Shown in pieces: positions 49,826-57,328 of a stretch of DNA of 64,000 bases (the stretch's first letter is position 1; every line of letters starts with the position of its first letter). The position numbers and the translations under genes are program-made. The notes under the pieces are model-generated. The model searched no databases and was not told the DNA's origin. It saw only the letters and a list, made by a program, of their open reading frames with translations. The DNA is taken from positions 32,001 to 96,000 of IMG/VR virus record IMGVR_UViG_2706794911_000004; one strand, given 5' to 3'. The stretch comes from a virus (Duplodnaviria; Caudoviricetes).

Positions 49826-49854
49826 TTGACGGAGTTCGTGATGCTTGCTATGTT
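49826..49854 (+). promoter_or_regulatory. SigA-type early promoter
   Basis: TTGACG-N17-TATGTT with extended -10 TG. Confidence 0.6.
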
Positions 49855-49918
49855 GACAATGTACCACGACGGTACAGCAACATAGATTCTTGATAATTTA
49901 ATAAAGGAGGAAGTCAAT

Positions 49919-50044
49919 ATGACACGTAACGAAAAGATATCTTGTATAAGAGGGTTATACCTTGCAAGGGGCTACGAAGAAATAAAAAGTCCTTGTGGTA
50001 CATATTACTTTGTTAAAGGCAGTAACCTTATAAAAGTACGGTAG
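49919..50044 (+). CDS. Small early protein MTRNEKISCIRG...
   Basis: RBS AAGGAGG; 41 aa by hand translation. Confidence 0.5.
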   Translation: MTRNEKISCIRGLYLARGYEEIKSPCGTYYFVKGSNLIKVR

Positions 50045-50125
50045 GACTTGTTTCCTGCTCCCTACCACCTAATATAGGTGGTAGGCAGGAGGGAATAAAA
50101 TCCCTACTATACATACAAGAGGAGT

Positions 50126-50572
50126 TTGATGGAAATGATTAAAAACAGTAGAGTAGAAGTAAACGAAGAGGGTAACATAGTTATCACAGTATTAACAGGG
50201 GTAGACACTAACAAAGAACTGCACGAAAACATCGAGGATTTAAAGAAAGTAGGCAGAATGTATATCCCAGAGACAGGTCAAAAAGGAAAGCCTTGTTTAT
50301 TCTTTGCAGAGTTTGAAGGTAAATCACCTTATCAGAAGTACGACGAAGTAATAGTAAACGGTATTAAAATGAAGCTAACATTGAGTGTTAAAGTAGAAGA
50401 AGAAGAATTAAACCGGGCGGCGGAATTGAAACAAGCAAGAGAAATAGAAAAGAAAAGACTAGAGGGAGAAACTGCTATCAAGGAGAACCAAGATTTAAAG
50501 CAGCAACTAGCGAATATGCAGGCTATGTTAAATGAATTAATGGCAGACAAGAAGAAAGGAAAGAAGGCATAG
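50126..50572 (+). CDS. Early hypothetical protein with C-terminal coiled coil
   Basis: RBS, biased codons, basic tail. Confidence 0.65.
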   Translation: MMEMIKNSRVEVNEEGNIVITVLTGVDTNKELHENIEDLKKVGRMYIPETGQKGKPCLFFAEFEGKSPYQKYDEVIVNGIKMKLTLSVKVEEEELNRAAELKQAREIEKKRLEGETAIKENQDLKQQLANMQAMLNELMADKKKGKKA

Positions 50573-50784
50573 TGCCTTCCTTCCTTGCGGAGGTGGCAAG
50601 CGTGGTAGTACTGTATGCACTAGAGATTGACCATAAACAAAGACTTATACCTATACAAGCACCGACAGAGACTTTATGTAAGACACATTTAGAAAATCGT
50701 ATGGGGCACTTCCCCTATACCCTGCTTAACACGCAAGTGTTCGGGTCCTGGGATGAGTACAATTATATGTTCGGAGGCATCTAG
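50572..50784 (+). CDS. Hypothetical protein
   Basis: Short ORF followed by terminator gaggc-atcta-gcctc-T7. Confidence 0.45.
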   Translation: MPSFLAEVASVVVLYALEIDHKQRLIPIQAPTETLCKTHLENRMGHFPYTLLNTQVFGSWDEYNYMFGGI

Positions 50785-50825
50785 CCTCTTTTTTTGTGTC
50801 CTTTTTTATGCCCATGAGTTGTATA

Positions 50826-51206
50826 CTATAGCGGCTTCAAAATTAACCCTTGAAAATGCACTTAGTGGCTTTAAAAACAACCCTTGAAATTTCAACGTTT
50901 CATTCTTTAACCTCTCACAATATACATTATGAGAGGTTTTATTTTGCCCTATATCGCCCTTCAAATTAACCCTTGAAAGTCCTATACCTGCCTGCAGGAT
51001 TAGTAGCAAAGCTACTATATCGACTTTAAAAACAACCCTTGGTTTTGCAAGTTTGTTATGTTAATCTTGCAGAAAACAGCTAAAATCGGAGTCTCACACT
51101 AGGAATAAGTGACGCCAACTAGGTATCAATATTGCATATTAGTCATATTATGTGATGTCTACTAGTACATAACCATCTATATTGGCTTTAAAAACAACCC
51201 TTAAAA
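50826..51206 (+). repeat. Cluster of ~29-bp repeats CTATAKYGGCTTTAAAAACAACCCTTGAAA (five copies; sixth at 52366-52395)
   Basis: Copies at 50826, 50861, 50949, 51015, 51177 and 52366. Confidence 0.85.
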
Positions 51207-51529
51207 AGTGAAATATTACTTGAAAAGTGTAATTTTACACTATTGGAGGTGAATAAGCTGACGAAGCCTAGCAAATCTATAGATAAAAATAGCAAATCTA
51301 CCTGCAAAGCAGGATCAATCAAAGATTGCACCTCCGAAGGAGGATCATTCGTAGAATGTACAGATAAAAATAGCGAAAGGACTGGTGAGTATGATACTAA
51401 AGGAAAGGATATAGCTAAAGTAATGATAATGTTATTACAGTAATTATATACTATCAGTTGTAGTCTCTGCCCCCGCCCCCACTTTTAGGGGGCTTATGTG
51501 GTATATAACAATTGAAAGGATGAGATATT

Positions 51530-51772
51530 ATGAAGTTACAAGATGTATTTAACATGTCTGAGAGCACAGTATTTCAGTGTGTTACACAATTACAAGCTAC
51601 TGAGTTTCTACGTACACTACTTAATGAAGATCGTGTATCAACAGTGTATTGGGATGTATATAAAGAGAACACATGCTATGAGCTGTCTGAGGGTATAGTA
51701 TCCTATGGTAGCACTGGTCATTTCTTGGATAATGGCTATAGTGTTGCTAGATTTAATGGATGGTCTGACTGA
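51530..51772 (+). CDS. Hypothetical protein
   Basis: WDVYKENTCY motif; similar to the N-terminus of 56046..56693. Confidence 0.6.
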   Translation: MKLQDVFNMSESTVFQCVTQLQATEFLRTLLNEDRVSTVYWDVYKENTCYELSEGIVSYGSTGHFLDNGYSVARFNGWSD

Positions 51773-51810
51773 TACTACCCGCCCCACCAAATTTGAAAAG
51801 AGGTTAAAAC

Positions 51811-51996
51811 ATGAGAAAAATAAAGTTTATTGGTAATGATGGATTAGCTTATGCTTTGTTTAAGGATAAGATATACACACCTATATATGAGAGTGAAGAA
51901 AATTATTTAGTTAAGAATGAAGTCAATGGTAATTCTATTGTACCAAAATGTAAATTTATAGTTATTAAAGATGAGGGTAAGGATTATACAGGCTAG
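51811..51996 (+). CDS. Small SH3-like hypothetical protein
   Basis: RBS; beta pattern. Confidence 0.5.
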   Translation: MRKIKFIGNDGLAYALFKDKIYTPIYESEENYLVKNEVNGNSIVPKCKFIVIKDEGKDYTG

Positions 51997-52048
51997 AGGA
52001 TTTCTAGCCCCCCGCCCCACCAGATAAAAATTTAAGGAGGAGATTATT

Positions 52049-52258
52049 GTGAGAGGAATTAGTACCAGAGGAAAGAATACGTATAGTGTTATGAATCATT
52101 GTGGTTTTAGTGGTGTTACTATTGTGAAAGAAGGATTTAAACTACATATCCCGCCCCACCAGATAAAAAAGGACGGTGGCTTTAAGAAGACAGTGGCTAA
52201 GATGCTACTGTCTTTTGATTTAGATGGACTTATGTCACGTGGTATAAGCATACAGTAA
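52049..52258 (+). CDS. Hypothetical protein
   Basis: RBS AAGGAGG. Confidence 0.5.
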   Translation: MRGISTRGKNTYSVMNHCGFSGVTIVKEGFKLHIPPHQIKKDGGFKKTVAKMLLSFDLDGLMSRGISIQ

Positions 52259-52424
52259 CGAATAGTTTCATAATGCGGAACAACTTTCTGTTAACAGCTT
52301 AGTTGTTGTTCCGTATCGTGAAACAACTTAATAAAAATGTAAAAATTAAGTAAGTAGCGAAGCTGCTATAGCGGCTTTAAAAACAACCCTTGAAAAGAGT
52401 CGTAGAGGGAAGTTTACTTTTCCC

Positions 52425-52454
52425 CTTAACTTCTTGCGATTATCACGGTATATA
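52425..52454 (+). promoter_or_regulatory. Phage-specific promoter CTTAACT-N15-GGTATATA
   Basis: Perfect consensus. Confidence 0.75.
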
Positions 52455-52504
52455 TTAATGTAACCTGCTGGGAGCCTATCTCAGCAAATAAAATTTAAGG
52501 AGAA

Positions 52505-53365
52505 TTGCAAATGGAAGAAATTAGAGGTTTTAAAGTTTTTAATCCTGACTGGACTTGTAGAGAGTTTCAATATGAAGTGGGTCAAACGTATAAGCAGGAA
52601 AGAAAACCAAGTATTTGTGACACTGGATTTCACTTTTGTAAAGAAGCAAAGGATTGTTTCAACTATTACAGATTTGACCCAAACAATAAGGTTGCAGAAG
52701 TTGTTGCACTAGGTGAAATTGCAGAAGAAGGTGACAAATGCAGCACTAACAAGATTGAAATTGTCAGGGAAATTCCTTGGGGTGAACTGCTATCTTTGGT
52801 GAACCTTGGAAAAGGCAATTCAGGTCTTTGCAACAGCGGTGATTGGAACAGCGGTGATTGGAACAGCGGTAATTGCAACAGCGGTGATTGGAACAGCGGT
52901 AATCGCAACAGCGGTGATTGGAACAGCGGTGATTGGAACAGCGGTGATTGGAACAGCGGTAATCGCAACAGCGGTGATTGCAACAGCGGTAATCGCAACA
53001 GCGGTGATTGGAACAAGGCTTCCAATGTTGCAGGGTGTTTCAATACAGAGCAGCACAAATTAGTGTTCTTTGACAAAGAAACAGACATGACCTTTGAACA
53101 ATGGAGAATGTCAGATGCATATTACTTAATGAGCCAAATTGATTTCAGACCTACTGAATGGATTTATGAAGAAGATATGACTGATGAAGAAAAGGCGGCA
53201 CACCCTGAATATGAAACAACAGGCGGTTATTTGAAGAAACGTAACAATAAAGATTCATGCATTAACTGGTGGAACGGACTGCCCGAAGCAAGAAGAGATG
53301 TTATCAAGAGCATTCCAAACTTTGATGCTGAAAAGTTCTTTGAGATTACTGGAATCAGAGTGTAA
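52505..53365 (+). CDS. Pentapeptide (NSGDW)-repeat phage protein
   Basis: GFKVF..DWTCR.FQYEVG...GFHFC N-domain; 13 NSGxx repeats; YETTGGYLK...IPNFDAEKF.EITGI. Confidence 0.85.
   Translation: MQMEEIRGFKVFNPDWTCREFQYEVGQTYKQERKPSICDTGFHFCKEAKDCFNYYRFDPNNKVAEVVALGEIAEEGDKCSTNKIEIVREIPWGELLSLVNLGKGNSGLCNSGDWNSGDWNSGNCNSGDWNSGNRNSGDWNSGDWNSGDWNSGNRNSGDCNSGNRNSGDWNKASNVAGCFNTEQHKLVFFDKETDMTFEQWRMSDAYYLMSQIDFRPTEWIYEEDMTDEEKAAHPEYETTGGYLKKRNNKDSCINWWNGLPEARRDVIKSIPNFDAEKFFEITGIRV
52832..53011 (+). repeat. 15-bp tandem repeat, 12 copies (AACAGCGGTRATYGS)
   Basis: Directly visible; encodes NSGDW/NSGNR. Confidence 0.95.
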
Positions 53366-53647
53366 TAACATAGGAGGTGAAAGTATGGGACTAGAGTTAA
53401 AACGGAGTATTGTCATTAGTGCAGTAGCCGCCCACACGAGGTTACCACTTATTTACGTAACAGGATTGTTTGATAGTCTTGTTGTGGGTGGGGCAATCAG
53501 TAGTAATACTTCTATATATGATACCACTAGTATTCTTATGGAGTCTGTCTAGCCCCGCCCCACCTACCCACTGACTTCCTTAATTGGAAGTCTTTTTTAT
53601 TGTCATCAGTCATTCATGCATAAAAATCTATAGAGGGAGGGTTGCAT

Positions 53648-53785
53648 ATGAATACTATTTTAGGTGTCACTGATAGAAATATTGAAAAAGAAATACTGCT
53701 TGGAATCAATGAAAGAGCGTATGAAGCAGGAATAATTGACTATGAACTTTATACTAAAGCTAGGGCAGACCTAGAAAAATTATAG
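53648..53785 (+). CDS. Small helical protein MNTILGVTDRNIEKEILLGINERAYEAGIIDYELYTKARADLEKL
   Basis: RBS GGGAGG; hand translation, 45 aa. Confidence 0.55.
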   Translation: MNTILGVTDRNIEKEILLGINERAYEAGIIDYELYTKARADLEKL

Positions 53786-53916
53786 CCTTTCCCTGTCTTC
53801 GTAGTATTCATGCCTAAGAATCTTGTCTAGTGATGGACAGGTATTGGTGACGTAATTAAGCTTTTACAAGAGATTAAAAACAAAGTTAAAAAGCTAAATA
53901 ATTAGGAGGGGTTAAA

Positions 53917-54588
53917 ATGGATGATATTAAATTATGCAAGTCTGCACTAAATGACTGGTTTGAGTATTACATAAGTGGTAAGAAGTTAGCAGACTGGTGC
54001 ACACATAACGGTAAGAGCGAGGAAGAGTTGTCTACCGTGTCAAAGCAAATGTCCGCTAGGTTTAGGTATGGCACAACAGACGCAGAAATTATACCCATTA
54101 TAACCAAGGCTAAAAGGTATTGGTATGACGAGTATCTTAAGTTTAATGGCAAAGTTGTAGATGCAGTAGAGTGTGCAGAAGGCGACTACAGTACTGTTAG
54201 GGGTAGGTTCGGATCAGTCACAACTGAGCTCAGCAGGTGGAAAGACTTTAAGGCATCAGGTGAATCACTTGAGAGTTACGTTAGTAGTTCTGCCCCCACC
54301 CAGTCTACTGGTCATTTCAAGCTACTCAGTGCTGTATACGATGGTTATGAACCCAGCAACAACAATGATATTGAATTTACTTTTAGTCAGGAGGTATACA
54401 TCCCTTCCACCAAAGAGGGTTTTACCTCCTCAAATGAGACAACAGATACAACAAAGATCGACAAATTAACTGATAAGACACCAGAAGTTGATAAGGTCCA
54501 GCGAAGCCGTACAGTGTCATTTAAAATAAATGGTAAGGCTATTGAAATACCTGAAAACATGTTTGAACGTGCGATGGCGTGCATTTAG
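53917..54588 (+). CDS. IS66 TnpA(Orf1)-like protein with repeated HTH modules
   Basis: W...Y.SGKKLADWC..NGKS and RWKDFKASGESLESY; C-terminal VSFKINGKAIEIP. Confidence 0.55.
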   Translation: MDDIKLCKSALNDWFEYYISGKKLADWCTHNGKSEEELSTVSKQMSARFRYGTTDAEIIPIITKAKRYWYDEYLKFNGKVVDAVECAEGDYSTVRGRFGSVTTELSRWKDFKASGESLESYVSSSAPTQSTGHFKLLSAVYDGYEPSNNNDIEFTFSQEVYIPSTKEGFTSSNETTDTTKIDKLTDKTPEVDKVQRSRTVSFKINGKAIEIPENMFERAMACI

Positions 54589-54616
54589 TGAAAATATATT
54601 ATAAGGGAGTGTTTTT

Positions 54617-54964
54617 ATGAAAATGAGTTTAGCGGGTAAGACGTTGAAAGTTAACGTAGCGGCAGGTGTAACTGACCTAAGAAATTGTAGCAACGGTTTA
54701 TCTGAAATTGTGCGAGAACACTTTAAAATGGACCCTACAAATGGTCAGATGTATGTATTTGCGAATAGAAACCGAGATATGATTAAGATTATGTGGTATG
54801 ACATACCAGATCAAACTAGGCACTTGCATACAGTAGAAGCAGAAAATAGATTTAGTTTCAGTTGGCTAGATGGTACTAAAAAAGGTACTGCTAAAATAAC
54901 TTATGCTGAGCTAAACCGCCTACTGTCTAAAAGTTACCACCAAATTTCACAGATTTCAGTATAG
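54617..54964 (+). CDS. IS66 accessory protein TnpB(Orf2)-like
   Basis: GVTDLR....GL..IV...FKMDP....YVFANRNRDMIKIMWYD...RFSFSW...ITYAELNRLL. Confidence 0.8.
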   Translation: MKMSLAGKTLKVNVAAGVTDLRNCSNGLSEIVREHFKMDPTNGQMYVFANRNRDMIKIMWYDIPDQTRHLHTVEAENRFSFSWLDGTKKGTAKITYAELNRLLSKSYHQISQISV

Positions 54965-55009
54965 CGTACTTAGTCACTACCATCAAATAAAAATTTAGGA
55001 GGAGTTAAA

Positions 55010-55414
55010 ATGGATTTAAAAAGTGTAGTAGAGGAAGCTTTAAGGTATTACCTAAATGACAATACAGGTAAGTTTGATGACGGTGAGTTTATTGATATGC
55101 GTTACTTAAAACCCAGTGGCGTAAGGGATAGAATTGTTAAAGCTATTGCAGGTAGTGGCTTAGTAGGTAGCCCGCCACCCACAAAGGTTTTTACCAGTAG
55201 GCAAAAAGAGCTAATAAAACAACTAACTGGTGACTATATAATGGATTCTGGCATTACCTTGTGTAATGCGGTAGAGGATGAAGACCCCGAGAGCCTAGAG
55301 CAAAGTATAGTCGAATTAAACGCTGCCGCAGCGGTCTACCTTTACTGCCTACAAAACACAGATGACGAAGGAACAGAATGTAACTGTAGCGGGGGGTGCA
55401 ATTGTGGTAAATAG
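55010..55414 (+). CDS. Hypothetical protein with Cys-rich C-terminus
   Basis: CNCSGGCNCGK end; RBS AGGAGG. Confidence 0.6.
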   Translation: MDLKSVVEEALRYYLNDNTGKFDDGEFIDMRYLKPSGVRDRIVKAIAGSGLVGSPPPTKVFTSRQKELIKQLTGDYIMDSGITLCNAVEDEDPESLEQSIVELNAAAAVYLYCLQNTDDEGTECNCSGGCNCGK

Positions 55415-55500
55415 AATAGGTACGTTGTTATTTCAGGGGGTGCTTATAAGCACCCTCTTTATTTTGTGGAGAAATATTAGGAGTGAAGTCTAAAAACCCA

Positions 55501-55530
55501 CTTAACTTCTGCTGGTCTGTAAGGTATATA
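55501..55530 (+). promoter_or_regulatory. Phage-specific promoter CTTAACT-N15-GGTATATA
   Basis: Perfect consensus. Confidence 0.75.
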
Positions 55531-55687
55531 AGTATAGGAGGTGTTAATGTGTGAAAAGACAATGGAGAGTTATATATTACAACGGAGTAACTACATGTGG
55601 AGATAAACAGCTCAAAGAGCTCGTACAAAGTGAGTTAGAGTTCATACATAGTATTGAGCTTATTGAAAACTATGAGGGGGCGGAGAA

Positions 55688-55954
55688 ATGTCTAGATACT
55701 TTGTAATACAAAATAATGCAGACGGCGTATGTATCGACAGTGTGGATGAGAAAACATTGCTGGAAAGACTGAGAACAGATGAGCAAGGTGAGTCGTATTA
55801 TGGGGCAGACATGGAGTTTTTGGATTATCTACCAGACATATATGCTGGTAGCTTTATGTGGGGGGACGACAATCATGTCGTTATTATTAAAGGAAATGTG
55901 GTTGTACCTAAACCTGTCAAAGTAGTCACAGAATATACACTGGAAGATGTCTAA
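55688..55954 (+). CDS. Hypothetical protein
   Basis: IIKGNVVVPKPVKVVTEY motif. Confidence 0.6.
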   Translation: MSRYFVIQNNADGVCIDSVDEKTLLERLRTDEQGESYYGADMEFLDYLPDIYAGSFMWGDDNHVVIIKGNVVVPKPVKVVTEYTLEDV

Positions 55955-56045
55955 TGGGTGCTATATTAATTGCTATGCTGGTCATGTCACCTTACCTAAT
56001 TGTGAGGCTATTGGTTAGGTAGCATAGTTAAAATAAATTTAGGGA

Positions 56046-56693
56046 GTGGTATTCTTGAGAAAATATGTTGAAGGTTTGTTAAAAGATCATGAGGTAAATG
56101 GTGCTGTGGTATTCAATTGCACAAATGAATCATACGCCATTACCCTTCTATCTAGCTTAGATAACTTAGGTTACACATGGTTGTCTGGTGAGAACTTGGA
56201 CCATCACTTATGGTGTGGTGGCAGTAGTTGCTATAGGGTTGACATCATCAGTAAGGCAGTAACGTGGGGAGGCAGGAGCCTATATGAAAGACACAATTGT
56301 AAGATAGTTGAATTTAAGGGGCAACCTATTAGTATAATAGATATCCTAAAGGATAATGCACAGAATGTTGCTGATAACATGGGCCCCGCCCGCCTGACAG
56401 ATACTGATATATTCTGGCTTGAACTTGCATACGTGGCGGTAAAGGACAACAATTTAGATATTTTCTCTTATGATAAAACAGAATACCTCTTGTGTGTGAC
56501 TATGGAGGTACCTGCAGTGGCATGTTCATCACATACTCCATACAGTAAATACTACGAAGTGAGCATTAGCTTAGACACGCTAGCTATTGTTTTGTCAGTA
56601 CCTACTGCTGATATAGTCAGGTCAGTATTAAGCTTACGCCCCCCGCTAAATTTTAAAAAGCTAGTAGTAGGGGTGGGTGTTAGTGGAGAGTAG
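56046..56693 (+). CDS. Hypothetical protein
   Basis: FNC.......LL......GYTWLSG N-domain. Confidence 0.55.
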   Translation: MVFLRKYVEGLLKDHEVNGAVVFNCTNESYAITLLSSLDNLGYTWLSGENLDHHLWCGGSSCYRVDIISKAVTWGGRSLYERHNCKIVEFKGQPISIIDILKDNAQNVADNMGPARLTDTDIFWLELAYVAVKDNNLDIFSYDKTEYLLCVTMEVPAVACSSHTPYSKYYEVSISLDTLAIVLSVPTADIVRSVLSLRPPLNFKKLVVGVGVSGE

Positions 56694-57243
56694 TGTAAGA
56701 GTTAAACTCATAGATAGATACAGAGTAGCCAGTAATGTATCTGTCCTACTTATGATAGGCGTAATAGCGTTCCTGCTTCACATGCTAGGTGACGAATTTA
56801 ATGATTTAAACCTGCAGGTAGAAGAACTACGAACTGCAAATAGTGATCTACAGATATCTCTTACACAAGCATTACTCTATACTGAGGCACTTGAAGCTGA
56901 AGTGGTAGAACTTAAAGTAGAAAATGAAAAGCTTAGGACTTTTAGAGCAAAGGTTACTGCTTATTCTCCTTACGATGACAGGAATGGTATTAATTCTAGT
57001 GGTGACCCGAGCGTAACTGCTACTGGCACCCGCCCGCGTATTGGGGTGGCGGCAGTAGACCCAAAAAAGATTCCATATGGTTCAAGATTATTAGTCCCTG
57101 GGTATGGTGAGGTCACCGCAGAGGATACAGGAGGTGCTCTGAGACAGTATGATGGCTACGCTATAGATGTATTTATGGACACCTATAGTGAGGCTATGTC
57201 GTTTGGCGTGAAATACATCGATGTAAAAATATTAGACCACTAA
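56677..57243 (+). CDS. Membrane-anchored 3D-domain (MltA-like) cell-wall hydrolase
   Basis: TM + coiled coil + VTAYS...TATG...AAVDPKKIPYGS..VPGYG...AEDTGG...IDVFM. Confidence 0.9.
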   Translation: MLVESSVRVKLIDRYRVASNVSVLLMIGVIAFLLHMLGDEFNDLNLQVEELRTANSDLQISLTQALLYTEALEAEVVELKVENEKLRTFRAKVTAYSPYDDRNGINSSGDPSVTATGTRPRIGVAAVDPKKIPYGSRLLVPGYGEVTAEDTGGALRQYDGYAIDVFMDTYSEAMSFGVKYIDVKILDH

Positions 57244-57278
57244 CAAGTGGTCTTTTTGTATGGGCTAATTTATTAGCC

Positions 57279-57308
57279 CTTAACTTTTTGCTGAGTACCC
57301 AGTAAGTA
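57279..57308 (+). promoter_or_regulatory. Phage-specific promoter variant CTTAACT-N15-AGTAAGTA
   Basis: Exact -35 and spacer; follows a terminator. Confidence 0.55.
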
Positions 57309-57328
57309 TAGTAAAGGAGGAATGTTAG

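Noticed and set aside
50826-51206. CRISPR array (repeats end in GAAA)
   Set aside because: Spacing is irregular (about 5, 60, 36 and 135 nt between copies), repeats are degenerate and no cas genes are present
51243-51443. 66-aa ORF within the repeat region
   Set aside because: Weak start context and low-complexity sequence; cannot be supported as coding
52832-53011. Array of B. subtilis Chi (AGCGG) or a DGR template repeat
   Set aside because: Fully explained by Asn-Ser-Gly codons; no RT or adenine-variant partner seen
52666-53088. Alternative-frame repeat ORFs (TAVIG, QSPLL)
   Set aside because: By-products of the stop-free 15-bp repeat
54617-54964. RNA-guided IS200/IS605 TnpB nuclease
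   Set aside because: Name overlap only; this is the 115-aa IS66 Orf2 family with no RuvC or zinc finger
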